From contig NC_043006.1 in NCBI RefSeq assembly GCF_006345805.1, positions 56,172,001-56,236,000 of the forward strand: a stretch of DNA of 64,000 nucleotides, given 5' to 3'. Positions 13,372 through 27,764 of the stretch are shown here, one piece after another (within the stretch, counting starts at the first letter, position 1; each line of letters begins with the position of its first letter). Under the pieces are notes generated by a model. It was not told where the DNA came from. It did not search any database and saw only the letters and a list, made by a program, of their open reading frames with translations. Origin of the DNA: Octopus sinensis. Taxonomy: Eukaryota. Both the position numbers and the translations under genes were made by a program.

Positions 13372-15679
13372 CACTGGGTAACAAGAAAAACAAAATTATT
13401 GTCTGCTAATCAAACAAATAGTGCTGTACTAAACTTAGTCGAGTACGCTGATTCCGAATCTGAACTCAGTCAGAATTGCTATAGCATACCAGGATTTTGA
13501 GTTATGCGCATAATTATATATTAATACTATATTTGTACCAGGAATAGTTAAGTTCAAGTTAAATAATTATTATTATAGTATATTAGTACTGTATACAATA
13601 TTTTAATGTTCAAGGCAAATAGTATTATAATATAATTGTACATAGCATATTTATGTTAAGAGAATACTCACTTTATTTTTGATATGCTCAACTCAGAAAT
13701 GTTTAAGACACTTGCTCTTGCGCTGATGCCTCGTGCTGATCTCCCGTCGTAGAAACCAGCAGTAGTTATCCATCATGTGTGGATTAAATCAGCCTTAATA
13801 CCTCGTTTTCATCTCAGATATATCCTGGTGCAACTCTCACATGCTCATCACTAACTGCACTAAGATTTGTTGGAAAAAAGTCGAGATGATAATGCAAGAA
13901 GTGCATTTTAAGGGACATTTGGCATCCCACTCCTTCATACACTGTCATCATAGTTTTCAGCTCTATGCTTTCCAAGAAAGTTCTGTACAAGTAACATGAA
14001 TCCAATGCCATCAACTCAACTGCCTTAAGTTTACCTCAGAATTTTCTATCAGACATGAATTCTCTGATCTCGGGTGCAATGAAAATGCCTGTTTTCAGTT
14101 TTGCGTCCATTTTCTCTGCATCAAATTTTACTTTTAAATACTGAAAGCTACAACCATCGTGTGCCATTGCTTTTACGAAGTTTTTCATGAGGCCAAGTTT
14201 GATCTAAGGGGGTGGAAGGAAGATCTTTTGTGGGTCTACCAGTGGCATATGCTGCAGATTTTGCCGACCAACTATGCACTCATCTCTTTTAGGCCAGTCT
14301 TTTATACTGTAATGATTGCTGTCGTCATGCTGTTCCAAACACACAAGAAGCACATATGTTTGGTATATCCTAGCTGCAGTCCTAGAAGGAGGGAAGTGAC
14401 CTTTAAATCACCACAAATATTCCACTTATGAACTGCGTAATTAACTCCTTTCAGAATGAGTTCCAACGATACATAAGTTTCTTCCATACCGATAACATGA
14501 CCCACAGGAATGGAAGGTCTTTCATTACCATTAAGTAACAACACAGCTTTGAGGCTAACCTTACTTGAATTTATAAGCAATCTCCTTTCGTTAGCCACAT
14601 GCACATGTCCTATGTTTTAGGTGAATGCATTAACGTCAGTACAGAAACAAGGATTATTTTCTTGCTTGAAAAAGACAGATAAGCCTTCATGGCGAGAACG
14701 GAAAATGGTAATTTTCGTACCTAGCTGTAGGAGATTCCGTTGCTGTAGTCTGGATCCCCAAATTTCTACCTTCTTCTTCGACAATGCTAAGTCTCTTACT
14801 AAATAGTTCAAATTTTCATGATTAAACAAGCGTGGCTCATTTTCTTAGAATTAACTACGTACTCTTCGTCGATAGGAGAATCAAGGGATTCATCGTGCGA
14901 CGTTTCAAGGTCTTCAAGTGAATCATGTGAGAGGAAAACTGGGACAGGGTTCTCAAAGTCATGCGGGGCCGGTTTTAGAGCCGACTTAAATCTGCATACA
15001 CAATTGTTGCTTTGGTTTTCTTTGAGAAACCACTAATATGAGTCACGCGAAAGTAAAAATCAGAGAATAGTTGGTTGGCACACATTATACCATTTGTAAA
15101 GCAAAAGGCATTCCTTCTTTTTCCCATTGAGTCACTGTGTAAGCTCTGAGTAACACACAGTGCAGCATATGTGAGGTGCCCACCTCTTGTCTTGGTCCCC
15201 AACTTTACACCCGAGATAATATTTATATGCAGGTTTTAATTTGGCGGCAATGTTCTTCCGTTGGCCACGCAGAGCAAATTTTCCACAAACATAACAAAAG
15301 TTGTTTGGGTGATTCACACAGCCTCTCTTATTCATGATCTAACGCAATGAACACAGTTAAAATAGAAATCACGCAGAGTGAGAGATACACATGCCACACG
15401 TAACTGCAGTGCAAACGACAATGCGAGTTACTAAGAACAAACTGACTCATTTGGCGCTTGCACGCAATACGTCGGCGCCATCTATTGCTAAACTAAATGA
15501 TGATTTTTCTCCTCGTTTGTTTTATTGCTGTTATTTCTTTCATTTTGAATTAAGATCACTTTCCTTTTAGAAAATTTTATAATATAGCCTGTATCTAGCC
15601 GAAAGTATAGTTATAATCTCGCATATGCGCTTAATTCAAAATCAGCACCGTCAATTTAGTCTAAAACACATGTCCAGTG
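13372..15679 (-). mobile_element. Chapaev3-like (CMC superfamily) DNA transposon with both termini
   Basis: Termini CACTGG (13372) and CCAGTG (15679), each flanked by TA. Subterminal similarity (ACTAAA..GCTGATT..GAAT). Decayed transposase on the minus strand. Confidence 0.7.
13693..15335 (-). pseudogene. Chapaev3-type transposase pseudogene
   Basis: Fragments MNKRGCVNHPNNFCYVCGKF..GDQDKRWAPHICCTVC, LVRDLALSKKKVEIWGSRLQQRNLL, GDLKVTSLLLGLQLGYTKHMCFLCVW and MSLKMHFLHYHLDFFPTNLSAVSDEH. Multiple frameshifts and stops. Confidence 0.75.
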
Positions 15680-15751
15680 TATTCTATTAATGGTGCCGCT
15701 TTTCAGCTGCCATCTCTCAACTGCTTCTGCCATAATTATCCATGTTGCTCA

Positions 15752-15894
15752 ACTCTACTTTACTTTCACTTTTACTTGTTGTTTTACTCATTTGACTGCG
15801 GTCATGATGGGGCACCGCGTTTAGTCGAGCAAATCGACCCCAGGACTTATTCTTTGGAAGCGTAGTAAGCAAGCTACTTACCACACAGCCACTA
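15752..15894 (-). mobile_element. SINE family B, internally deleted (head joined to tail)
   Basis: The tail motif and the head TGGCTGTGTGGTAAGTAGCTTGC are directly joined. Confidence 0.7.
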
Positions 15895-17641
15895 TTCATC
15901 ACCCTACTTTTTCTCTACCTGTTTATTTACTCCCCGTCCCTCTACAGTTTCTGTAATTCCCCACCTTCCTTATTTGAATATACGTCACTCTTTACACTCC
16001 GGCATTCTACTAATTAGGCAGCTCTTCACCATCCATCACATTACTCTTTCTGTTACTCTCTAGCTTCTATCTATCTACTACATCTACTATAGTACTGTTT
16101 TTATCACTCTTCAATCCCACCTCTCCACTGTTTCTCTCACTATTTACGGTCATATTTCAACCTCTCAAATATCACTCAACTGTCTCTTCCACACTTCACC
16201 CTCTTGGTCTTCCCACTCTTGAGGCAGCAGGAAATCCAGGATGTGACAACTAATCCCAAAATGCGAATATTAAATACCTTGGTGGCTTCTAGGGTCACGG
16301 TATTTCCTTATGCAACTATAATATACTATAAAATATAGTATATATAAATCAACATTGTGTTCTCTATAGAATGTGTTCTTCTATAGAATATCTGAAAAGA
16401 TAACCTGAATAAATATTTGGGGTCTTCCATTTGTTAGTTCAGGTCATGCGAATAAAGTAGCGGAACAGCATCCGCCAATGATCCACTTTATTACTGCATG
16501 TGTGAGATGAAGAGTCTAGCAGAACCAGCTGCTTTATAGTCAGAAGCATTAGACAATGTAGCAATGTCCAACAGGAATGAAATAGAATATGCATGCGTTT
16601 ACCACGTGTTGAAACCGCTTTGGTAGCGTTAGTTTGCAAAAATATACGTTGGTAGCATTGCAAGATCGCTCAGAGCTGTATCGTTCATATCTATTATTTT
16701 GAAGTTCACTAGCAGGACTTTTCGTTGTTGACAACAGCATGATAGACCAGTTTTCCTGTTGATGAGTACAGCAGACTGTTGCAATGGGTGCAGTTTGTCA
16801 TGGAGGTAGAATTTGAGATGATCGGCCCTAGGTGATTAGGGATGGGCCCCGTCAAGGTTACTCTTTATGAAGTTGGCAAATCATTTCTCTGGTTACAGAA
16901 TCTCCATATAAAGCGACACGGAGAAGTAGACATTCACCTATCCATGTACGAAAAGGAGTGTTTGTATTATGTGAAACTTTCCTAGGGCCATTCATTTTCT
17001 CACTGAATGGTGTAAGTGTAGAGCAAAAAAATCACGGACTGTGAGAGGCAGGTAATCCTCTTAGAGTGTTGGAATGGAATCAGTGTGTGTGCTTTGTTTC
17101 TTTTTCTTGTAACGTTGGAAGAGATATTATAAAGCGTAGATAGTTGATCTTCATGTTATGTGCATTGAATAGTTAACGGTATGGATGACTGGAAAATGTC
17201 ATCTAATTAGGGACAGAAACCAGGCTATATTTGTGGAGACGTCTAGATTAAACGAAAGATTCAACGAGTTTGAGTTCTTCTTTCAAAATCTTATAGATTT
17301 TGGAAGTGTTGATGTCTTCCATATACGCTAACACCTTATCGTATCCAGTCCTCGCTTGTGCATTGTTATAATAGAAGGAGATGATTTTCAAACCATTTCT
17401 ATTCGCTGATAAATTAGAGGTTATTCTGATAATGCCAGTGTGTAGGTTTTGAATTACAGCCCGGTGTAATGGGAATTTCTATCGCTGAAAATTGATTCCT
17501 CGTTCGGCTTTCCTACTTAGATTATCTATCAATCTATCTATCTATTTATTTCTATTCTTTCGATATACGCATATGTGTATATATGTGTATATGTGTGTGT
17601 ATATGTGTAAACATGTATACCTGCATGTATGTATATCTACA

Positions 17642-17689
<48 letters not shown>

Positions 17690-18014
17690 TATATATTAAT
17701 ATATATATATATGCATGCATACATACATACATACATACTTACATACATTCATACATGAATACACATACACACATGCATGAATGTATCTGTGTATGTATAT
17801 GCAATACGGGGATTTCGACACAATGAAATGTCTTACTCAAGGACACAACGTACTGATTCTCCATGACTTGAAGCTACAAACTCTCAATGAATGTTCATAG
17901 ATTGTGTGTTGAAGAATCAATAAAAGATGAATTGATTAATCATGCTATAAAACAATAGGATAGGCAATATAGGTAGATCCATATTTTCAAAGAATTGAAG
18001 ATAGACATAGTTAA

Positions 18015-18233
18015 ACCATTTAGCATTTAAACTGGCCATATCTGGCCAAAATAATCAACCTTTTCAGTGCTCAAACTTGCCAGATTCAGCCTCTCACACC
18101 TACCCTTCAATGTCATTCTAAAAGTAAGCAATCGTATCATTGAAATCACGATGTTACAAGATATAATGCAGGATTTATTAAAAACAGTGTGATTAAATAA
18201 GCGATACATTTGAGTAACCTGAATGCTAAATCG
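18015..18233. mobile_element. TTAA-flanked MITE (piggyBac-like ends)
   Basis: TTAA|ACCATTTAGCATT ... TGAATGCTAAATCG|TTAA: imperfect TIRs, with TTAA at 18011-18014 and 18234-18237. Confidence 0.5.
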
Positions 18234-21024
18234 TTAAAGGAACTAACTAAAATATAACAAAATAAATAAGAAAAAAGAAAATGTATCTTGAAATGTATCT
18301 TTGTATCTTGAACGATAAAACAACAGAGGTGAGAAATCTGTTGGTATTTTGATGTTTATATAGGTTTGTATCAGCGCTTTGATTTTTCGATTTCGATTGA
18401 AACATGATTGCTCCCATCCTTCTATAATCATCCTGTACTATTTCTATTATGAATGTAACCGTCGCATCTACGTATGACAATATAACACTTTCTAATTTTG
18501 CCACTAGGCCAGTAGTTTTGAGGGGAAAGGGAGATCGACTACTTTACCCTCAGCGCTAAATTTGTACTTAGTTTATCGACTCCCAAAATGATGAAAGGTA
18601 AAGGCGACATCGACGGAATTTGAATTCTGCACCCAAAGAGCCGGACAAAGTGCCGCCAAGCATTTTGTCCAACACGCTAATGATTCTTCCACCACACTGC
18701 CTGTATTGTGATGAGAAGGGTAATTAGTTCGATTTCTCCTTCTTACTGTACTTAACTCTCAAATATATTTGAGGAAGATTGTGAGACACCGTGTTATATA
18801 TATTTAGACACATGATTATGTAAGAAACAATGACTTTTATCTCGGGTTATATCTCCTTTAATTTACCTGATTCAGTAATATTTCTGCTTCCAAGCAAGGA
18901 AATGACCCTCTTCGATTCTGATCTCAGAATATATTGAGGTGTAATTATTTTTTTTCTTCTCATATTTTCATTGATATACTAGTTTGGAAATTTCTGATTA
19001 CTTTTATACCTGTTCAAATACATTACTGTAATATTGTGTGCATAATTTTATGCTCTACTATTGATACCTTTAAGGAAATCCAGGAAGGATATTTGGGTAA
19101 ATGCTGTTTAGTATTTAATTTAAGTTAACTAGTTTGAATCCTGCCTTTAAAATCTATTGATACTACGCCTCTATACTTCACTGCTACGTGCAATGTTAAA
19201 AAATTAAATTTAAGTATAGTTAAGGACAATCTAAATGGCAAGATACGTTACCTGAAAATCAACACGTTCTAAATTGAATTTCACAATACGACTGAGATCT
19301 TTTCTGTAGTCGCCACTTCCTCTATTGTCGACGACAGGCAAAATTGTTTAACTGAAATACTCAATAAGTATGTAAGCCAGAAATAGCTGTTAAATGTACT
19401 TCAAATTACACTCTACTCTCTACCCCGTGGAAAAGATATATTTAATAGTGTAGTCTTGCTTCCTCCTGAAAGGACGAGCTGATCAAAAGCCGGAATGACT
19501 TTGATCATAGATCTGGTCAACTGGAGTTGCTTTATGAGTAAACAACGATCACATAATCAATAACATTTATACAGATGTCCTTAAAGCTCACACACTTTTT
19601 CCCAAGTAGTTCAGTCGTTTGTTCGTAAATTCGCTGCTCTAGTATCCGAGACTTTTATCTAGGAGGTGGCAAAATCAGGAAACTTGTCTTCTTAAAAAAT
19701 AATCCTTTAAAGAGACCTGACTACTCGGAATGCTTATATATACTTAGCTATGGAACGTTATCAAGAATGTTTCATAATTCTATATAACAAAGAGGCCTAC
19801 TTCCCAGCGTTGACCTAAAACGGAAAAGGAACAAGTTGCTTGAAAGCTATTTCATTCATAGTGTCATAAATATTTGAGTTTCTTTTAAAATTTTTAAATG
19901 AAAAAGTTAATTGATACAAGTTCTTACACCTTATATGAATGGAGTGGTAGCCATGTACTTAGTGCTAAACATGAGCACGGGCTTGTGAACATTGATCTTT
20001 GAGGTCATCGAATATTACCAATATGACTCTAATATCTTCACCAGTACTATCTAATTATAAGACAACAGTACCAAGATGATAATCACTGAGAATAATTACA
20101 CTTGAAAATTGATACAAAATTGCTTTTCACATTTACACGTACAAAGAATATTTATAGGTAATTAAGTATATAATTAGGTCAGAGAGATATGTTGTTTAAT
20201 AATTAATTGTGGTAGATTTGATGCATTGGAAAGTATTTATTGGGGCTAATCTTCGGCATTTTAGGATATTTTCTGCCATGTGTTCCTTTGCATGGATATA
20301 TATGAAATAGGTGTGAGTTCCGATAAAGTATTTTTCCCAGAAGATTTTTACTCTTTACATAGGAGGTGCAGCGATTTGCAAGTCTGGCCTATTTAAATTA
20401 TTTAATATCGAAAGCATGATAAATATTTACAGATAAACATCTTAAACTTTTAAAAATGTTTAGGAACAAAGCACTGCTGTCAGGATGCGAAAAATCTATT
20501 CTGTGATTAACGAAAATACGATAAGACATCGACTCAGTTATTTACTGAAATCAAACGGAAATAAACATCCAAGTAAGCAAAAGAAGAATAACAGCCAACT
20601 TTACTTATGGAAACATAAAGTAACAATATCAACAATAACAAAGTCACAGTATTGGAATAATTAACATTTAATTTCTCAGGTCAATCCCCAAACCGTTATT
20701 ATTTTTCATTCGAAAGTACTTTTAGTCTTTTATAGTTGGTCATTCTCCAAATCCTTAATTTAGCTGAAATCCGGTCGTTTACTAGTTGTTTCTAAGAGAC
20801 ACCGCTGCTCCATTAAGGATCTGACCAAATTCAGTTGCTGATTTGCAGGCTAACAATTGAGTTTTGGTGAGTTCAGTTACCATAGCGATTTTTAAAAAAA
20901 CATGTATATGTAAATATGTATGTATTTGCATTCTTAAGACATCTAATTTCAAATATATAATACACACATATATATATATGTATATATATATATGTGTGTA
21001 CATGTATATATGTATATATATATG

Positions 21025-21072
<48 letters not shown>

Positions 21073-22899
21073 ATATATATATATATATCTTTATATATAT
21101 ATATATATATATATTGTATATGGGCGTGTGTGCTAAATTGTATAACGGTACATGCTTACATATATGTTGTATATATGTATATATATCTTTGTATGGGTGC
21201 TGCAACAGCAATGTAAGTACGAGAGTTTAGATTTCCGTGCGTAGATTTGTGGGATATAGTTACCTTAGTGGATAAACGGGAATAGACTGCTGTTCAATTA
21301 AATAAAGCAAAGATTGAGGTGGAGGTAGACAGAAAATTTTTTTTTTAGTATAGTTTATTTCTTGTTTTCGTTCGTTTTCGTGCGGTTTTCGAATGGTTTC
21401 GTCAGTTTTCGTTCGTTTTCCTTTAGTTTCGTTTGTCTTGCTTGATGAGATCTACTCGGACCTTATGAACGCACAGTTCCAGGACGATATTCTATTTCTT
21501 TTTTTTTCTTTTTTGAACAAGTCGGTTCTTGGCTGAAATACAAGTAAGGTGAGTAATTAATAGCCACAGGTACAAAATCCTTCACAAATCAATTATTTTT
21601 GTTTCTAATACCCAACAAAATCTGATAGTTTAATCAGATCAAGGGAATTTTTGTTCATGCACAACGTTTTCTTTCTGTTTAATTTTAAAATTTTGTTGGC
21701 TGAATGGTTTAGAAGCTAGCCTTGCAACTACATAATTTTGGGTTCAGTCCTACAGCGCATTCCAAATATTTTACATTTCTAAACACAACATTTATCCAGA
21801 CATAATCATCTCTCATCCAACCAGGTGGTTTCAACATTGCTTAGTCATTGCTTAGGTAGAATAAATACTCCAACGTGTAACCAACTTCTTATTCACATTC
21901 AATCAATTTCCTTTACTACTATGACGTCATCTATATCTGACATATTTCCTAATAAGTAAAAATATCAGATCACAATTGTAGTGCCATGCCCCTGAAAGTT
22001 TTAGTGAAAGCAATGTTGTTACTCATGACAACCTTAAAGAGTTCGACTGCATGGGGCGACAACCTCCCACATAAGTTACTTATCTATGCGTTAAATCCCA
22101 ATCTCAAACCTTGAGACAGATTTGTTTTCATTACACCGCTTAGTCACCACATATATCGTGAGGTTTCTCTCTGATCCACTTTTCATCTAGTGCTGTCAAC
22201 CTGATGTTGTTTTCCCTTCCTCATACAAATTTTTTTCTTTCACACTCACCAATACATATAACGCTAACTTTTAATCATCGTAAATCATTTGCACTCATAT
22301 GCCATCAACATGCAATCTGGTAAATTTCTATCAGATGTCTTGCCGGCACGGATGAAAATCCTGATAAAATCTTGTAATGTCTACACTGCAAGCTAACGCT
22401 TTCAAGATCATCACAACTCAAATACTGCTCATATCAATAGAAGTCTGGCAATACTACACTCTTCATATTCGTAAACAACAACTAGGTCATCCCTTTCTTG
22501 TTTCTCCACCTTTATCAAACAAGCTTTGCGTCAACTTGTAAACGTCACTGCCTTCGATTAAAAAAAAGGAGCAGTGATCTTACAAGCTAGAAGGTCACAA
22601 TATCATATTTTTTATCCCTCATGATTATTTTTGACATGTGCAATTGGCTGCCAAACCAGTTATAAACAACCGTCTTTAAGTAAATATCTACTGAGATTCA
22701 GGTGTATATTTATATACGATTCTGCCACCTCACCGCCTTTATAATAATAAAGAATAATAATAATAATGTAGAAATTATAATGTATTATATATCATATAAT
22801 ATATAATATATTATATAATGTATTGTATATTAATATAATATAAAATATATATTATATATCATATAGATACGGTCTTGATATTTCTTCTCTATTTTCTTA

Positions 22900-23702
22900 T
22901 TCGTTATCGGTCAACAAGCTTGAATCTGAGAACTATCTTTCTCTTTAATTTTATTTGCGTCATGTCGTAGATTATATAATCCTCTGGCATTCTTCTACTA
23001 CTGCCTATAGTATTAAATTTTGGTCCTGTTCCAGTTTGCTAATATCCGCGAACGTATATTTAAATTTTTGTTTGCAGTATGCCCTTGAACAAAAATTAAA
23101 GGCTTGAACATGTCCGGGGTCAACTCATTCAGTTTGAATTTCTCACACTCTCTGTTAACCATTCCGGCATAAGTCACGAAATCATCTTTTTTCACCAAAT
23201 CAAATATTGCCAGTGGGTATTGAACAGGGAACTGCATTCACTGAAAATTTTCGATAAAATATTAATTGCTTCACCGAAACAAATCCCACTTGGCTTCTCC
23301 AGCAGAATATAACTACTATATATTTCATATGTAACTTTCTTAAAATTCTGTTTTCTTGTTAAACAATTTTCCATAATTTTAGTTAGACCGTCGTAGTAAC
23401 TGTCCTTGTAATGTTTCGTCATGTCCATTTACGTTTTAACCCATAACTTTCTTAAAAGTAGTTGTACATTTTTTTCTCGTAGTTGTACTTTTTTAACGCT
23501 CTTCTTTGAAGGTTTCTTTGTATCTACGAAAATATGCAGAGAAGGTAGCACCTTCTTCTAGGTTGTGTTTGAATTCTCCTGTTGAGTTTGCTGGCGTGTA
23601 CGAACCTGAAGTATTGTCAGACTTCCTCAACATTAATCCCAGAAACTGATTTTCTTGTTGTTGCCGTTGCAAGTGCATCACGGAGTCCAATAAGTCTTCC
23701 AT
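22900..23702 (-). pseudogene. Ty3/Gypsy gag remnant
   Basis: MEDLL..QRQQQ..EGATFSAYFRRYKETF, KVQLLLRKL, FGEAINILSKIFSECSSLFNTHWQ and DDFVTYAGMVNRECEKFKLNELTPDMFKPLIFVQG resemble invertebrate Gypsy gag. Frameshifted. Confidence 0.65.
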
Positions 23703-24246
23703 GTTAAAACGAATTTTTCTTTGGTTTCGTAACATCCCCGCCCCAATTTTTTTTCAACGTTCAACACAAGCTTCGAACAATGCGTCATCACTTTTGTATC
23801 CTTGTACTGGATATATAATATAACGAAGTGGGGGGAGCGGGGAGAGAATAAAGTGTTTACACGATGCACTACTATTACTATTACACGAAACCCAACGCTC
23901 TGTATCAAATTTCACAGTGAATTGCTTACCAACACGAACTCTAATTGTTCACACTTCTTTACAATAATGAGTCAGTCCGCCTTCTATTCACTTGAGGTGT
24001 GGTCGGAATCCTTCCACAACAATTATTATTATTATCATCATTATTATTATTAGTGCAAACATACGCGCGCACACCCACACACATAGACATATATTCATGT
24101 ATTAGAAATAGTCTACGTAATAATGTTTTAATTTCATATTGGTAAAATGCCGCACATATGCGGACGATATTATCGATCACGAGTATATAAGTAATACTAT
24201 TTTACCGATTCCACCCCAGATGAACACAATACAAATTCGAACTTAA

Positions 24247-24464
24247 CCCATATTAAGCCACTGTCCTCGTTTGAGGACAGTTGTATTTGGTTCATTTACT
24301 GTAATAAAGGTTAACTGGATGCAAAATAGTGCTTGTTGTATTTATTTAACCATTGTATTTGCTATATTTACTGCCATAAAGGTTAACTGGACGCTTCCGT
24401 ATGTTTGATATCCCTATTTATATATCTTCAAAATTTCGAAAGGGTTAATCTGGGTTAAAATGGG
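24247..24464. mobile_element. Putative TTAA-CCC..GGG-TTAA MITE
   Basis: TTAA|CCCAT ... ATGGG|TTAA. Internal hairpin ACTGTCCTC-GTTT-GAGGACAGT and a ~30-bp direct repeat (ATTTACTG..ATAAAGGTTAACTGGA). Confidence 0.4.
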
Positions 24465-26034
24465 TTAAAATATTAATGGGCATGACTAAACACTACAAGG
24501 ACAGAATCTGCAACGGTCTAACTAAAATTATGGACAATTGTTTAACAAGAAAATAGAATTCCATCAGCCAATCACCTTGTTTCAAGACTATCTCTGTTTG
24601 AAAGAAACTTGTCAGAGAAAAAAAAATGGAGAAAAAATAAAAACTCTTAGCATCCCGATAAGGATTTCATTTCTATTGCAAACGTAAGCTAAAGTAAGCA
24701 ATTTTATCGAAGGTATAATTTAGTTCAGCTGATACTTTTATGGAGATTTTGAAATACTCATAAATGATATGCGTCTCCTCGCTCTGTTGTACTTACCAAA
24801 TTAGAATAGTTTTTCTGAACTTATGATTGTTAGCCTTCTTGAATTAAATTTGTCTCTTACTGAAGTTTTGTTTCGTGACTTTGTAACTAGTCTTATTCCT
24901 AACATAGTACACTATGTAAACTGCACACAACCGGTATATGCGTACAATTCATTATCTACAAAATTATACTCCCTTGAAGCAGTCAACACTACCCAGATTT
25001 TGTTGAAGATTAGGCTTGTTTAAAATATTATGATGAACATCCATTATAGTTCAAACAAGAGTTGCATGTTAGTATACTGCAATATAAAGGAGTGACTAAC
25101 TTTTGTTTTGGTCATTTGTGCGAGATAAAATGTGATAAAGATTTATGGAAATTAATTACAAATAACAATATATAACGAAATTTAGTGTCAGGGATTTACT
25201 ATTTATTTACTGGTTCTGGAGAAATACGCGTGTCCACGGCTTTTGTAAGTCTCAGAAGCTGGTGTAGTTGATGTCATTAATGTTTTTGAACCATTGCAAG
25301 TCGATTATATCGAGAAAGATGAGAAGTATGGAGGAACTTCAGAAAGTCGACGTTCTGGAAAGGAAGTCTCAGTGAAAGTGGTTAGTGTGGGATTTAGGAG
25401 GTGGGGTGGAGGATACAACAAAAATTATGAAAGAAAGAAAAGCTAGTGGTGGGTGAGAGGGTGGAAGATATACTCAAATCAGAGACCGGGATCGAATGCT
25501 TCCAAGGGAGGAAACTCTGCTTAATTCTAATTCACTCAGAGACCAGGTGAAGCAGTAAAATGTACAACAGATTAAGTTTAGCACTCAAATAGGAAACAAA
25601 ATACTTCTGGAGGGAAATACATCTCCGTTAGTGCAATTGTAATAATAGGTTGTGTGCTGTCTTGATGTTTTAAGGAAGAGAGTTGTATTTTAAGGACTGT
25701 ATACCATGATAGAGAATAATGAGAATATTGAAACAGAGAAACAGAGAGTGTAGGTAGAAGATTATATATAAAAATAAAGAAATGTAAAAATAGGAGGCGA
25801 AGAAAGTAGTCAAAGTAGAAATATATTTTGATTGGATATTAGGCTAAAATTTACAGGAGCGAGATTCGTCTTTGAAATTGATTTCAAAATATTACCAGTA
25901 CTTAAGTTTTATACTTAAAAGGGGTGAAAGGCAAATACTGTCGTAAGAGTCGAGAGCAAATTTAAGATACTAATTGATCCTGGCAAGAACTGGGCTGTTT
26001 TATAGTCTCTGAAATTCTTTGAATTCTAACTTAC

Positions 26035-26177
26035 CTGTCAACAAAAGTCATATTTCTGAGTTTCCAATTCTTTTTCAGACGCTTCTTGGTAGGTGAATGT
26101 CACTGAATTATAGTAATTACCACTGGACACCATACGGACAACTGAGTGCCCACAGCCCAGCAAAACGCCAGGGTTAT
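26035..26177 (-). other. Candidate spliced exon (143 nt) of an unknown transcript
   Basis: Minus-strand acceptor TTTTCTTCTCTCTGTTCACAG| and donor CAG|GTAAGT. No frame is open across the whole exon, so it would be a UTR/start-codon or non-coding exon. Confidence 0.35.
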
Positions 26178-27570
26178 CTGTGAACAGAGAGAAGAAAAGC
26201 TGTGATTTATCTCTTGATTTAAAAACATAAGTGACCAAATAACATTTAGAAGTAATTTTTTCTTGGCTAACATAAGACAGAAGCAATTTTCTTGCAATTT
26301 TCTCATGAGAAATATATACTCTTTGCCTTAACTAAATTCCTATATTCCTTATCAGGAAGGAAATTTGGGGTAGAATTATTGGAACCCAATTCTGTATACC
26401 TAGGTATAAATGAAAATATTCCATGTCCCTTAATTTGTCACTGGGTAACTGTCAATGGTTTCCTCTTTTTGCATTAATAGTGAGTCAGTTTAGGAAATCT
26501 ACCCCTGTCTGAACAATGACTGGAACTAGACATAATCAAAGTGATTAAGGAAATGAAGTGAATTAAGCAGGATTTCGACTACTTCAAAGAAAAGTATAGT
26601 GCTGAATGTAATCAAAGGTTTGGTTTTAATTTACATAATGTCTGATACTTTACAGGCTAACGACAGAAAATCATTTCTTCTATCATAATTGTAGATAAGA
26701 AATCGTTGTGATTGCAGGTATTGTTGCAAAAGAGAAGTAATTCGATTGTTCTAACCAGCTCTATACAAGCCCTTTTAGACGTTTGAAAAGTCTTACACCA
26801 GTTTCAACGTTAGAATAGAAGCATCCTCATTAGTCCACAAAAACGAACAATTAATTACTTTAAATGTGATGGCTAAATTTTTTCATCAGATAATACCATT
26901 GAAACTGTAGTTATGAAGTGAAGCACTAAATAGTGTGGAATTAAGTTCTCGGGGAATCAAATCGCTAAATTCATTTTCGATTCGTAAATGAAATTTCTAC
27001 ATTAATCTTTTATACCATTGTTAAAATCATAAATACCAGATACTTAATGTGATGTCTCATGTACCTAAAAGACGAATGTTTGAATTGTGTGTCACAGTAA
27101 TATATTAATAAATTAAATACCATATCGCATGAATAACGCAAGCTTTCATATCACACACTTATCAGTCGATTATTCTAAAAGAATATAGGAAACTGGCATT
27201 AACAACTTAGAATTGATGTATGCTGTTGGCTTTACGGAATAGGAGGAATGCGTATGCACAAAATAATATTAAAGATATTCTCGCTTGTAAGCATTATGGT
27301 AAAGCACTGACTTCCAATCGGAGCCAAATTAAAGCATTAAATTCAAAAGAAAATACAGGAAGATCAGTTAATTATGATTTTATTCGGCATATTTCCCTCT
27401 CAGATTCACACGCTCATATGCCACGGTCTTTCAGTTTGTTTAAGCCCTGTAAAAAACTCGGAAGGCTGGGCTTCCAACTAGGCCTTTCACGATAACCTTA
27501 AACCTAGGAACTTTTTAGCAGGTAAAAATGTTAGCAGACAAAAATGTTTAGTAGATAAAAATGTTAATAG

Positions 27571-27764
27571 GACATCATGCTCGGAATGGTCAGTGGCAAG
27601 AGAGGAAGAGGCCGACCAAGAACCCGCTGGCTTGACACCATCAAGAGTGATACTGTAATGGACATAGCCAATCTGAAAAAAGCGGCCCAGGATAGAACTG
27701 ACTGGAGGACACTGATCCAACGAGTGACCGAGAGTCGACTTCGACTGAGCGGATAGAGAGAGAG
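27571..27764 (+). mobile_element. RTE-clade LINE 3' end (5'-truncated)
   Basis: Translates as DIMLGMVSGKRGRGRPRTRWLDTIKSDTVMDIANLKKAAQDRTDWRTLIQRVTESRLRLSG*, the typical RTE C-terminus, followed by a (GA)n tail. Confidence 0.8.

Noticed and set aside
16440-17490. Gypsy pol linked to the gag at 23 kb
   Set aside because: Only an SNASDY-like word supports RNase H, and neighbouring fragments look as much like a LINE. Too decayed to assign.
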